Origin: Callorhinchus milii
Lineage: Eukaryota
Assembly (NCBI RefSeq): GCF_018977255.1
Contig: NW_024704769.1
Coordinates: 4,526,001-4,590,000, forward strand
Length of the DNA: 64,000 bases
Direction: 5' to 3'
The translations under genes were made by a program, and so were the position numbers. This document shows, piece after piece, positions 48,566 to 62,200 of the stretch. Position 1 is the stretch's first letter; every line of letters begins with the position of its first letter. The notes beneath the pieces are model-generated. The model searched no databases, had not been told where the DNA came from, and saw only the letters and a list, made by a program, of their open reading frames with translations.

Positions 48566-50238
48566 CAAAGGGCAGAGATAGAGACACAAAGAGAACGGCG
48601 TTGGTTAATCATAAACAATAATAATCCTTGTATTTGTTATTGCGCCTTATCACATCGTCGAGACGTCTCAAAGCGCTTCACAAGATACACTGTAAAGTGT
48701 AGTGACTGTGTATTCGGTGAGTGAAACATGGCAGCCAATTGTGCACAGCAGCGTCTCACAGACAGTCGTGGAATGAGTGACCAAATTATTATCTTTTTGA
48801 AGGGATTATTACTCGTGGAAAGCGATTATGCAGTCACTACACTTTACAGTGAAGCACTTTGAGATTCTCGAGATGTGATAAGGCGCTGTGTCAGATGCAA
48901 AGATTATTATTGTTGTTATTTGAGTGTCAGAGTGGAGGGGAAATTAGGGTCTATGGACCAGAATTGATTTTGTGGCGGAGAGGGAGGTGTCGCTTTAAGG
49001 GGAAAGCATATGAGAAAAGCGGAAATAGGGACTGATCCAATGAGAGAGAGAGAGAGNNNNNNNNNNNNNNNNNNNNNNNNNNNNNNNNNNNNNNNNNNNN
49101 NNNNNNNNNNNNNNNNNNNNNNNNNNNNNNNNNNNNNNNNNNNNNNNNNNNNNNNNNNNNNNNNNNNNNNNNNNNNNNNNNNNNNNNNNNNNNNNNNNNN
49201 NNNNNNNNNNNNNNNNNNNNNNNNNNNNNNNNNNNNNNNNNNNNNNNNNNNNNNNNNNNNNNNNNNNNNNNNNNNNNNNNNNNNNNNNNNNNNNNNNNNN
49301 NNNNNNNNNNNNNNNNNNNNNNNNNNNNNNNNNNNNNAGAGAGAGTGTGAGAGGGACAGAGAGAGAGAGAGTGTGAGAGGGACAGAGAGAGAGAGTGTGA
49401 GAGGGACAGAGAGAGTGTGAGAGGGACGGAGAGAGAGAGAGAGAGTGTGAGAGGGAGAGAGAGTGTGAGAGGGACAGAGAGAGAGAGTGAGAGGGACAGA
49501 GAGTGAGAGGGACAGAGAGAGAGAGAGAGAGAGTGACAGAGAGAGAGAGAGAAAGGGACAGAGAGAGTGTGAGAGGGACAGAGAGAGTGTGAGGGAGATA
49601 GAGATTGAGACATAGAGTGATAGAGTGAGAGAGATAGAGAGTGAGAGAGGAACAGCAAGTTTCTGTTTAGTGAGAAAAGCGGAAAGAGGGAAGGACTGAG
49701 TGTGAGAGACTGGGGGCGGGTGGGGGTGGGGGAGGGGGTGGGGGAGGGGAGTGGGGGGGGGGCGGGGGGGAGGGGGGGGGGGCGGGTGGGGGTGGGGGGA
49801 GGGGGCAAGGGGGGGGGTGAGAAATACAGAGAGAGAGAGAGTCATAGAGACTGTGAGAGGCAAAAAGTAAGATATTGAGACACGAGATTCATTGCAACAG
49901 AGAAGAGGAACCGAGAGATTTCCTTCATTGTGACAGAGAGAGACAGACAGACAGAGACACACACACACAGAGACAGACAGACAGCGAGNNNNNNNNNNNN
50001 NNNNNNNNNNNNNNNNNNNNNNNNNNNNNNNNNNNNNNNNNNNNNNNNNNNNNNNNNNNNNNNNNNNNNNNNNNNNNNNNNNNNNNNNNNNNNNNNNNNN
50101 NNNNNNNNNNNNNNNNNNNNNNNNNNNNNNNNNNNNNNNNNNNNNNNNNNGGGAACTGAGATTTAGACTCAGACAGACAGACAGACACAGACAGGGAGGG
50201 GGGGGGGAGGGAGGGAGGGAGGGGGTGTTGCAGTGAGG

Positions 50239-53200
50239 ATGGGGTCCCTGTTTCGGGGGGAGACCATGTCTTTGGCTCAGTTGTACCTTCAGTCGGGATC
50301 CGCTTATCATTGTGTGGCTGAACTCGGAGACATCGGGTTGGTCCAGTTCAGAGACGTGAGTATTTACTGACCCCCCCCCCCCCCCTCACCGTGATCACAC
50401 CCACACACACATACCCACACACACCCACATACCCACACACACCTACACACACCCACATACCCACACACACCCACATACCCACACACACCTACACACACCC
50501 ACATACCCACACACACCTACACACACCCACATACCCATCCACACACCCACACACACCCACATACCCACACACACCCACATACCCACACACACCCACACAC
50601 ACCCACATACCCANNNNNNNNNNNNNNNNNNNNNNNNNNNNNNNNNNNNNNNNNNNNNNNNNNNNNNNNNNNNNNNNNNNNNNNNNNNNNNNNNNNNNNN
50701 NNNNNNNNNNNNNNNNNNNNNNNNNNNNNNNNNNNNNNNNNNNNNNNNNNNNNNNNNNNNNCACACACCCACATACCCACACACACCCACACCCACACAC
50801 ACATACCCACACACACCTACACACACCCACATACCCACACACACCCACCCACACACACCCACATACCCANNNNNNNNNNNNNNNNNNNNNNNNNNNNNNN
50901 NNNNNNNNNNNNNNNNNNNNNNNNNNNNNNNNNNNNNNNNNNNNNNNNNNNNNNNNNNNNNNNNNNNNNNNNNNNNNNNNNNNNNNNNNNNNNNNNNNNN
51001 NNNNNCACACACCCACATACCCATCCACACACCCACCTACACACACCCACCTACACACACCCACATACCCCCCCCACGCACACCCACATACCCCCCCCCC
51101 ACACACACATACCACCCCCCACACACACACATACCCCCACACACACCCACATACCTACACACACACCCACACCCACATACACACACACCCACACCCACAT
51201 ACACACACACCCATCTACACACACACCTACACACTCACATACCCATCCACACAACCACACACACACCCACACACATCCACACACCCACACACCCACACCC
51301 AAACACCCACACAACCCCACATACTCACACACACACACCCCCACACACCCATCCACACACACCCGCCCGCCACCCACACACAGACACACACACACCTATA
51401 CACAGGGAAACCTGTCACCGTGATCAGCCGTGTGTCTGACCCACATACCCACATGTTGTGGTGTCTAACATTCACTCCAATAACAATAATAATCCTAACT
51501 CTGACCCAGCGCCTGACACCATGTGCTTCACAGCAAACACTGTAAGGTGTAGTGACTGTGTCACTGTGTGTTTTCAGCTGAACGAGAACGTGAACTTGTT
51601 CCAGAGACGCTTTGTGGGGGAAATCCGTCGCTGTGAGGAGCTGGAGAGAACCCTGTGTGAGTGACTCTCACACTCATTCACACTCACACTCTCTCACTCT
51701 CTCTCACTCTCACACTGTCTCACTCTCACACTCTCTCTCACACTGTCTCACACTTTCACTCTCACACTCTCACTCTCACACTGTCTCACTCTCACACTCT
51801 CTCTCACTCTCATACTCTCACTCTCACACTGTCTCACTCTCACACTCTCTCACTCTCTCTCACTCTCACATTCTCTGTCGCACACTGTTCTCACTCTCAC
51901 ACTCTCTCACTCTCACACTGTTTCTCACTCTCTCGCACTCTCACACTCTCGTACTTTCTCACTCTCACACTCTCTCTCACTCTCAGACACTCTCCCACAC
52001 ACGCTCACAGTCTCACACTCATACACTCACACTCTCATACATTCTCTCACACTCTCTCGGACTCTCACACTCTCACATGCATTCTCATTCTCTCTCGCAC
52101 TCTCACTCTCTCTCGCACTCTCACTCTCTCTCTCCTCACTCTCTCACGCTTTCTCTTTTACGCTCTCTCTCACACACATTCTCTCACACTCTCTCATACT
52201 CCCTCACACTCTCTCACATACTCTCACACACTCACACTCTCTCTCACTCTCACTCACACTCCCTCATTCTCTCTCACACTCCCTCACACTCCCTCACTTT
52301 CTCACAATCTCTCCCTCTCTCTCTCTCGCAGCGAGCCTGGGGCAGGAGGTGCATCGTGCTGGGTTGAGGCCACGGGTGGATGAAGAGGACGATGTGTCGG
52401 CTCCGCTCCCACGGGACCTGTTGAGGATTCAGGAGGAATCACAGCAGCTTCAGCAGGAATTGGATCAGGTGACGAAGAGTCGATCGTCGCTGGTGACGAG
52501 GCTCAGTGACCTGCGACAGCACCGAGCAGTTCTCACTGAGACACAACAGCTGCTGGTCAGAGAGGTAATCAATAACCAATACCGGATCAGTTACACTGAT
52601 CAGTGATCAATGAGCTGAGGGTGAGTGTGACCAGTGATTGTGTCACAGATGGCGCTGGAATCGCCTCTCACAGGGCCCGACCAGGAGGAGACCAACAGGA
52701 ACCAAACCCCGGCTCAGCTGCCAGCGAGACTCAGGTCAGTGTCTGTCTGTGTGTGTGTGTGTGCGCGAGTGTCAGTGTGGGTGTGTGTCAGTGTGTGCAC
52801 GGGTGTGGTTTGTGTACCAGCATGTGGGTATGTGTGTGAGGGTGTGTGTGTGGAGGGGAGGAGGGTGTGTGTGAGGGTGTGTGTGTGAGTGTTAGTGTGG
52901 GGGGTGTGTCAGTGTATGTGAGTGTCAGTGGTGGGTGTGTGTGGAGGGGAGGAGGGTGTGTGTGTGGGGGGGTGGGGTGTGAGGGTGTGTGGGGGGGTGG
53001 GTGACGGTCTCTATGTTACAGTATAATCTCGGGGCTGGTCGGACCCGGTCGGGCTCTGGGTTTGGAGCGTTTGCTGTGGAGAGTTTGTCGTGGACACTTC
53101 ATCATCCAATTAAGCCCCCACCCCCAGGAGCTGCCAGACCCCCACACAGTCAGTACGCCCCCACACACACACACCCACACACACACCCTCACACCCCCCC

Positions 53201-56200
53201 CACCACACACACAAACCCACACGCACACATTCACCCACACACACCCCCACACGCACACAATGCCACACACCCCCACCCACAACTCCACACACCTCTCACG
53301 GTCTCTCATTCTCTCACACATTCTCACTCTCACACTCAACACTCTCTGTTACACATTCACTTAATCATTCTCACACTCACTCACACTCTCTTACTCACTC
53401 TGACTTACTGTCACACACTCTCACTCTCTCACACACTCTCACTCTCTCTTACACACTCACACTCTCACGCACTCTCACTGTCTCACACTCACTGACCCTC
53501 TCACTCACACTCTCTCTCTCTCTCACACACTCCCTCACTCACTGCCTCACAGACTCTCTCTCTCTCTCTCAGGGCGAGCCCAGCAGTTGGACCGTTTTCC
53601 TCATCTCGTTTTGGGGTGAACAGATTGGGCAGAAAGTCAGGAAGATCTGTGATTGGTCAGAACCCGAGTCTGACCCCAGCCCTAAACCCCCAAACCTAAC
53701 CCTGACCCCCAGCCTCACCCCAACTATCTCTGTGTCACACTATCAGGGATTCCTCCCCCTCAGCTCCTGTTAACCCTGCAGCCAAAGCCTTAACTAACTT
53801 ACTAACTAACCAACTAACTAATGGGGAGAGTGGTCCTAGCTGGACAAGCAGTGGGAAAGCTTGGGCAGACAGCACTCTCTCTCTCTCTCTCTCAATGGGA
53901 AAGCTGGGCTCCCCCCCCAAGCCTTGGCTCTGGCCAACCTGCGTCTAATACTCTCTGGAATTAGGTAAGCAGGGGGCATCCCTCCAGGGGGAGAGAGAGA
54001 GAGCGCACACATTCCAGTCCAACAATCCATCTCTGGGATTTCCGTGTGGGTGGGATTTGAACATAAGAACATAAGAACTAGGAGCAGGAGGAGGCCATTC
54101 GGCCCCTCAAGCCTGCCCCGCCATTCAATAAAATCATGGCTGATCTATTCTAACTCCACCTACCCACCATGTCCCCATATCCCTTAATCCTTTTATCCAA
54201 AAGAAATTTATCAATCTCATCTGGGGAATTCTCAGCTGGGGTTGGAGTCTTTTAAACAACCACCGGGTTAATAATAATAATAATAATAATAGGATTACTG
54301 TGTGTGTCAGACACCCGATGGCAAAACAAAACCTCTCTCACACATACTCTCACGTTCTCTGTCTCACAGTTTTCACTGTCACCTCTTCCCGTACCCTTTG
54401 ACCCCAGATGAGCAAGAGGAAACCCTCCGTGACCTGGAGATACGAACCCATGACCTTCAGATGGTGAGAGCGGGGTGTGCTCACACATTCACTCACACAC
54501 TGTCTCACATACTCTCACTCACACTGTCGCACTCTCACACACTCACACACACTTACTCACACACTGTCTCACACACACACACACTCACTCTCACTCACTC
54601 TCACTCACTCTCACTCACTCTATCACAGGTGCTGAGCCAAACAGAGGGTTACCTGGCTCAGGTGTTGGAACGCACAGTGAAGGTGATACACACCTGGTCC
54701 CTCAGGGTCAGGAAGATGAAAGCGATTTATTTGGTTCTGAATCAGTGCAACTTCGACGTCACCGGCAAGTGTCTGATCGCTGAGGTTTGGTGTCCGGTCT
54801 CTCAGCTCCACCGACTCCGCCATGCACTGGAGGAGGGCTCGGTAAGAGAGGGAGTGGGTGAGAGCGAGTGAGAGTGAGTGAGAGAGAAAGAGAGCATGTG
54901 TGAGAGAGAGAGCATGTGAGAGAGAGTGTGAAAGAGAGCATGTGAGAGTGAGAGAGAGAGCGAGAGACTGAATGAGAGAGATTGGGTTGGGGTGGTGAGT
55001 GTGTCACTGTGTAACTGTGTCACTGTGTGTGTCACTGTCTGTGTGTCACTGTGTCTGTGTGTGTGTGTGTCACTGTGTGTGTGTCACTGTATGCATCACT
55101 GTGTCACTGTGTGTTGCGTGTGGTGTCACTTGTGTGTTACTGTGTGTATAACTATGTTATTGTAGGTGTGTCACTGTGTGTGTGTTACTGTATGTATGTT
55201 ACTGTGTGTGTCACTGGGTCTGTGTGCGTGTGTGTGTCACTGATTCTGGTCTCTGCCCCTCACAGCGTCGCAGTGGCTCCTCTGTCCCCTCGTTCTATAA
55301 CGAGGTGCAGACCCTCCACACTCCGCCCACACTCTGTCGCACAAACAAATTCACCGCTGGCTTCCAGGGCATTGTGGACGCGTACGGTGTCGGCAGCTAC
55401 CAGGAGGTGAACCCTGGTGAGTTGTGTGTCAGCCTCATCCTCCTTCCCTTCAGTCTCTCTCTCTGTGTGTCTCATTCTGTTCCTCCATCTCATACTCTCT
55501 CTCACACACTTGTTCTCTGTCAGGGGGCTGTAGCGGGAGCTCTGTGCTGTGTCTTACCCTCTCTCTCTCTCTCCTCCAGCCCCTTACACCATCATCACAT
55601 TCCCCTTCCTGTTTGCGGTGATGTTTGGGGATGTGGGACATGGAGCGCTGATGTTTTTCTTTGCTCTGTGGATGGTTCTTGAGGAAAATGATCCCAAGGT
55701 CAAATCAGCAGAAAACGAGGTACGTCTGAGTCCCCGACCCCCCCCACTCCCTGTAGTCTGTTTCTCACACACACACACACACACACGCGCGCGCACACAC
55801 ACGAGCAGTGGTGACCTGTGACCTGTGACCTCAGATCTGGCAGACCTGTTTTGGGGGTCGGTATCTGCTGCTGCTGATGGGATTGTTTTCGCTTTACACC
55901 GGCCTCGTCTACAACGACTGTTTCAGTCAATCGCTGGCCATCTTCCCCTCGGCCTGGCATGTCAGCCGCATGTGCAGCCACGTCGACAACCAGTCCTGCT
56001 GGTGAGTGTGTGAGAGAGGGAGAGAGTGTGTGAGAGAGTGTGTGTGAGAGAGAGAGTGTGAGAAAGAGTGAAAACGAGAGTGTGAGAGAGAGAATGAGAG
56101 AGAGAGTGTGAGAGAGAGTGTGAGTGAGTGTGAACATGCAAATCTCTCACTTACTCTCTCCCACCCCACCCAACCCGCCCCCCTTGCAGGTTGCTGGTTG

Positions 56201-59200
56201 GGAACCAGTTGGACCCTAACATCTCGGGGGTGGTTCAGGGTGTTTACCCGTTTGGTATCGATCCGGTGAGTTTGGTGCCTGGTTACACAGTAAATATATC
56301 ATAATAATAATCCTTATCACGTCTCGGCGACGACTCAAGGCGCTTCACAGAACACACTGTGAACAACAACAACACATTACATCTACACGGCGTCTTTCAC
56401 GTCCCAAGAAGCTGGACAGTCAGCGATTTGGAAGTGTAGTGACTATGTGTTTTGTGGGCAAAACGCAGCAGCCAATTGCACACAGCGACGTCCCCACAAA
56501 CAGTCGTGGATTAAGTGACCAAATTCTTATATTTTTGGAGGGATTGTTACCGCCAGAAAGCGATCCTCTAATCGACTCACAACTGGGTTCCTACTTACTT
56601 GGAGTCCTGTAGCTCAGTGGTTAGAGCACTCGCTTTGCAAGTGAGAGACCTGAGTTCAATTCCAGGCAGAGGGCGAAACCTTGGGCAAGTTTCCTTACTC
56701 CACACAGAGCCTAATAATAATCCCTCCAAAACCCAAAACAATAATAAATTGGTCATTTTCATTCAATGACTGTTTGTGGGACATTGCTGTGCGCAATTGG
56801 CTGCCGCGTTCGCCCATAAATATACAGTCAATTCACTTTACAGTGTGTTCTGTGAAGCGCTTTGGGACGTCCTCCTGACGTGAAAAGCGCTATATCAAAT
56901 GCAAGGATTATTATTATTACATGGTGTCCTGTAGCTTAGTGGTTAGAGCGAGAGGACCTGGGTTCAATTCTGGGGCGGGTCAGGTCGAAACGTTGGGCAA
57001 GTTTCCTTACTTCACACACTGTTTACCAACAGTAAATAAGAACCTGGTTGTTAGTCAATTGATGGATCGCTTTCCGGTGGTAATAATCGCTTCAAAATAA
57101 TAATAATTTTGTCACTCATTCCACGACTGTTTGTGGGGACGCTGCTGTGCGTAATTGGCTGCTGCGTTTCACCCACAAAATACAGTCACTACACTTTACA
57201 GTGTATATGGGAAAGATCAGGTAGTTTGCCTCTGCCTAGTAAGAGCAGTGAGTTGCTGTGAATTCATTCTTCCCTTATCTCCAGGTCTGTTCTCCTGGTT
57301 GTCTCGTTCACCAGCATTTTGTTGCGTTTGCTTTGTGTTTTATTTTACTTTTGTCGTAAATCATTGCTGTTTGGCAGAACCTCCATGACCCCATCACTCC
57401 CACCCTCGCCCACCCGGTTCCACTGGCTCCTCATCCCCCAGAGGATACAGTTCAAAATCCTTGTCCTTGCCTTCCAAGCCCCCACGGTCTGGCTCCTCCC
57501 CACCTCTGTGACCTGCTAACCCCATATCAACCTGCCCGTTCCCTCCGCTCGGGGGGCTCTGGCCTGCTCCGCGTCCCCCATCACTGGAGGTCGGGCCTTC
57601 AGCCTTCAGTCACCCTCCTACCCCCACCCTCCCTGCCCTGCCCTCCACCCCTCAAAATCTCTGACTGTCCAGGGGGAGTGGGGCTAGTTGGGGTAAGAGT
57701 GGGGGAGTGGGGCTAGTTGGGGTAAGAGTGGGGGAGTGGGGCTAGTTGGGGTAAGAGCACGGGAGAGGGACTAGTTGGGGTAAGAGCGGGGGAGAGGGAC
57801 TAGTTGGGATAAGAGCTGGGGAGGGGGGCTAGTTGGGGGAAGAGCGGGGGAGTGGGGCTAGTTGGGGTAATAGTGGGGGAGGGGCTGGGTAGAACCTGTT
57901 TCACATGATGGGCCTCCTGTAAGATTCTGATTCTCAGCGGCTGAGAGGAGTCGGAGTTAATATTATTATTAATATTATTGCCAATATATTATCGTTATTG
58001 ATAATACATTATTAATAGATTTTTATTGTTTTATTATTATTGTTATTATTCGATTATTATTGTGATGATGTGATGAAGATGAAGTCTGTTCCTCATTCCC
58101 AGATCTGGCATTTGGCCATAAACAAGCTGAGTTTCCTGAATTCCTTTAAGATGAAGATGTCGGTGATTCTGGGAGTCGTTCACATGACATTTGGGGTCAC
58201 TCTTGGCTTCTTCAACTACATGTGANNNNNNNNNNNNNNNNNNNNNNNNNNNNNNNNNNNNNNNNNNNNNNNNNNNNNNNNNNNNNNNNNNNNNNNNNNN
58301 NNNNNNNNNNNNNNNNNNNNNNNNNNNNNNNNNNNNNNNNNNNNNNNNNNNNNNNNNNNNNNNNNNNNNNNNNNNNNNNNNNNNNNNNNNNNNNNNNNTC
58401 ACTCTCACTCACACTCCCTCACTCACTCTCACACACTCTCTCTCACACACACTGTCACTCACTCTCATCCTCACTCACACACTCATTCTCACTAACTAAC
58501 TCACTCACTCACACACGCACACTCACTCAGTCACACGCAATCATTCTCACACACTCACACACGCACACACGCACACTCACAGACGCACACACACACTCAC
58601 TCGCTCTCATTCACTCTCACTCACACACCCAGTCACACTCATTCTCACACACTCACACACTCTCACACACTCACTCACACACACTCTCCCTCACACTCAC
58701 TCTCTCACAACTCTCTCACTCCCACACTCTCCCGCACTCTCACACTCTCACACTCTTCTCTCTCTCTGTGTCACACTCTCTCACACTCTCATTCTCACCC
58801 TCTCACACTCTTTCTGACTCACACTCTTTCTCTCACACTCTCATCCTCTCTCACACTCTCACCCTCTCTCACACTCTCACCCTCTCACACCCTCTCACAC
58901 TCTCACCCTCTCACACTCACTCTCTCTCACTCTTACCCTCTCTCACTCACTCTCTCACACACTCCCTCACACACTCTCTCTCACACAGACACAGAAAGCA
59001 ATTTGCGTTGATAGTCTTGGTGTTGTTGCCGGAGCTGGTTTTCCTGACCTCGCTGTTCGGGTACCTGCTGTTCCTGGTTGTGTATAAATGGCTGCGTTAC
59101 TCGGCCTGGGATTCAGATGTTGCTCCAAGTCTCCTCGTCAACTTCATCGACATGTTCTTCTTCATGTCTCCCAGCTCTGAGCTGTACCATGGCCAGGTCT

Positions 59201-62200
59201 GTGTGTGTGTATGTGTCTGTGTGTGTGTGTGTGTGTGTGTCTGTCTATGTGTATGCGTNNNNNNNNNNNNNNNNNNNNNNNNNNNNNNNNNNNNNNNNNN
59301 NNNNNNNNNNNNNNNNNNNNNNNNNNNNNNNNNNNNNNNNNNNNNNNNNNNNNNNNNNNNNNNNNNNNNNNNNNNNNNNNNNNNNNNNNNNNNNNNNNNN
59401 NNNNNNNNNNNNNNNNNNNNNNNNNNNNNNNNNNNNNNNNCTCCTTCTCTGTTTTTACGTGTCAGTGTGTGCCTTTGCGTGTCTCACACCCTATGTTGTT
59501 GATGTGTTCCAGGCCGTGGTACAGAAAGTGCTAGTGGTTCTAGCTCTGATCTCTATTCCCGTTTTGCTGCTCGGGAAACCTCTCCTCCTGTACTGCCAGC
59601 ACCGAGCACGGACACACAGACATCGCTTCCTGGTAAGCACTCACACACACACACGCATAGCCACACACACACACACCGACACACATGTACTCGCATAGCC
59701 ACACACATAGACAGACAGACAAACACACAAACAGCCAGAACCACATACAAACACAGACACACACACGCACACCCACATACACATATACAACAACAAGATT
59801 ACATTTGAATAGCGCCTTTCACGTCGGGAGGATGTGACAGCATTTCAGACCCGAGCTGTGTTTGGGTGGGGAAGGGAGGGGAGGGGAAGTGGTATGGCCG
59901 ATGGCACGGTCAAAGAGGAGGGTTTTGAGGCAGCACTTGAAGGAGGCTAAGGAGGGGGTGAGGCGGAGTGATTGGAGGATGGAGTTCCAGAGGTTGGGGG
60001 CAGAGTGGCTGAAGGCTCTCCCGCCAATGGTGGGGCGGGTGGGTCGGGGGACATGGAGCAGCCAGAGCCGGCTGAGCGGAGGGAATGGGCGGGTTGGTAG
60101 GGGGTTAGGAGGTAGCAGAGGTAGGGTGGGGCGAGGCCATGGAGTGCTTTGTATATGAGGACCAGGATCTTGAAGTGGATCCTCTGAAGGATAGGGAGCC
60201 AGTGAAGTTGGGCGAGAGTGGGGGAGATGGGGTCACGGAGTTTGGCGCAGGAGAGGACACGGGCTGTAGACTTAGTTCTGGATTATCTGCAACTGTGGAG
60301 GGAGAAGTTGGGAAGGCCGACATACAGGACGTTTGCATATTCGAGCCTGGAGGTGATGGAGGCATGAACAAGAGTTTCAATGCCTGAGGGGTGAGGTAGT
60401 GGCGGAGTTGGGCGATGTTACGGAGGTGAGGGAAGGCCGAGCGGGTCATGGCTTGGATGTACAGGAAAAAAGACAGTTGAGGGTCGAACAAGACACCGAG
60501 ATTCCTGACTGCTGGTGAGTTGTAATGTGCAACCATGGAGATTGATGCTGCCAGAGCCTGAGGTGCTGAGGCGCTGGCGTGAGCCGATCAGGAGGGCCTC
60601 AGTCTTGTTCACATTCAACTGTAGGAAGTTTGTCCTCATTCAGGACTTTATGTCCGACAGACAGTCTGTCAGCACAGCAGTGGGTGTGGGGCTGAGGGTG
60701 GGAGCAGAAAGATAGAGTTGGGTGTCATCCATATACATATGGAAGTTGACTCCATGTCTGCGGATGATGTCACCAAGGGAGAGCATGTAGATGTTAAAGA
60801 GGAGACAAGGACAGAGCCCTGGGGGACACCAGACATGACAGTGCGGGGGCTGGAGGAGAAACCATTAGAGGTAACAAAGATAGGAATCAAACCAGGCAAG
60901 GGCAGGGCCACGAAGATTGAGTAAGGCGGAGAGGTAGTGTGTGAGGATGGAGTGATTGTCAGTGTTGAAGGCGGCAGAGAGGTCGACAAGGACAAGGAGG
61001 CAGAGGGAGCCCTGATCACAGATGTTCAGAATGTCATTAGTGACGTTGACCAGGGCTGTTTCCGTGCTGTGGGCAGTGCGGAAGCTGGATTGGAGGGGTT
61101 CAAGGAGCGAATGGCGAGAGGGAAAGGAGCGGAGCTGGGACCCTGGAGAGTAATGGGAGGTTAGAGATGGGGCAGTAGCTGGAGAGAAACAATGGGTCCA
61201 GGGAAAGTTGTTTCAGGATGGGGTGATAACGGCTGTTTTTAGGGAGGTGGGAACTGAACCGGTGACAAGGAGAGGTTGATGACGTCGGACAGGACAGGGG
61301 CCAGAAGGTGGAGCTGGGAAACGAGGAGAGAAGTGGGGATGGGATCGAGGGAGCAGGTGGGGGTTTGAGTTTGTGAACGGTGGCAGTGACGGAGAAAGGA
61401 GAGATAGGGTCAAAGGAGTATAGGGGGGGGGATGGGTGGGGGGTGGGTCACGAGGGAGAGGTGATGTTGAGGTGATGGGAGGGGTGGCAGTTGACGGGGC
61501 AGAGACATACACACACATACAGCGACACAAACATACAGACACACACACACACACACACAGACACTGACACACGCATACACATATAAACGCACATACACAC
61601 ACCGACACACACATACAAGCATAGACACACACAGACATACACACACCGACACACACACATGTACACACAGACACACATAGACACACATACAGAGATGCAC
61701 ACACACATATAGACACACATACATACACCGACACACACAGACGCAAACATACAGAGACACACACACAGACATACACACTCCGACACACACATAATGATAA
61801 TAATCCTTGCATTTGATATAGCGCTTTTCACATCTTCTCGACGTTTCAAAGGACTTCACTGAATAGACTGTAAAGTGAATTGACAGTATATTTGTGGGCG
61901 AAACATACACACCAACACACACATACACGCTTAGACACGCACACAGACACACACACGTTTACAGAGACACACACCCACAGACATACACACATCGACACAC
62001 ACATACACAGAGTCCTGTAGCTCAGTGGTTAGAGCACTCGCCTTGCAAGTGAGACACCCGGGTTCAATTCCCGGCAGGTCAGTCAGGGCGAAACCTTGGG
62101 CAAGTTTCCTTACTCCACACGCCCGATAATAACCCCTCCAAAACAAAACAATAATAAATTGGTCATTTTCAATCCACGACTGTCTGTGGGACACTCACTA

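Larger units (their letters stand above)
35255..59640 (+). repeat. ~12.2-kb direct duplication (about 35255-47444 and 47546-59640)
   Basis: Exons, introns, SINEs and even gap positions are repeated in the same order. Confidence 0.95.

Noticed and set aside
59790-61500. Active reverse transcriptase or domesticated gene
   Set aside because: Multiple frameshifts and deletions; a decayed L2 copy.
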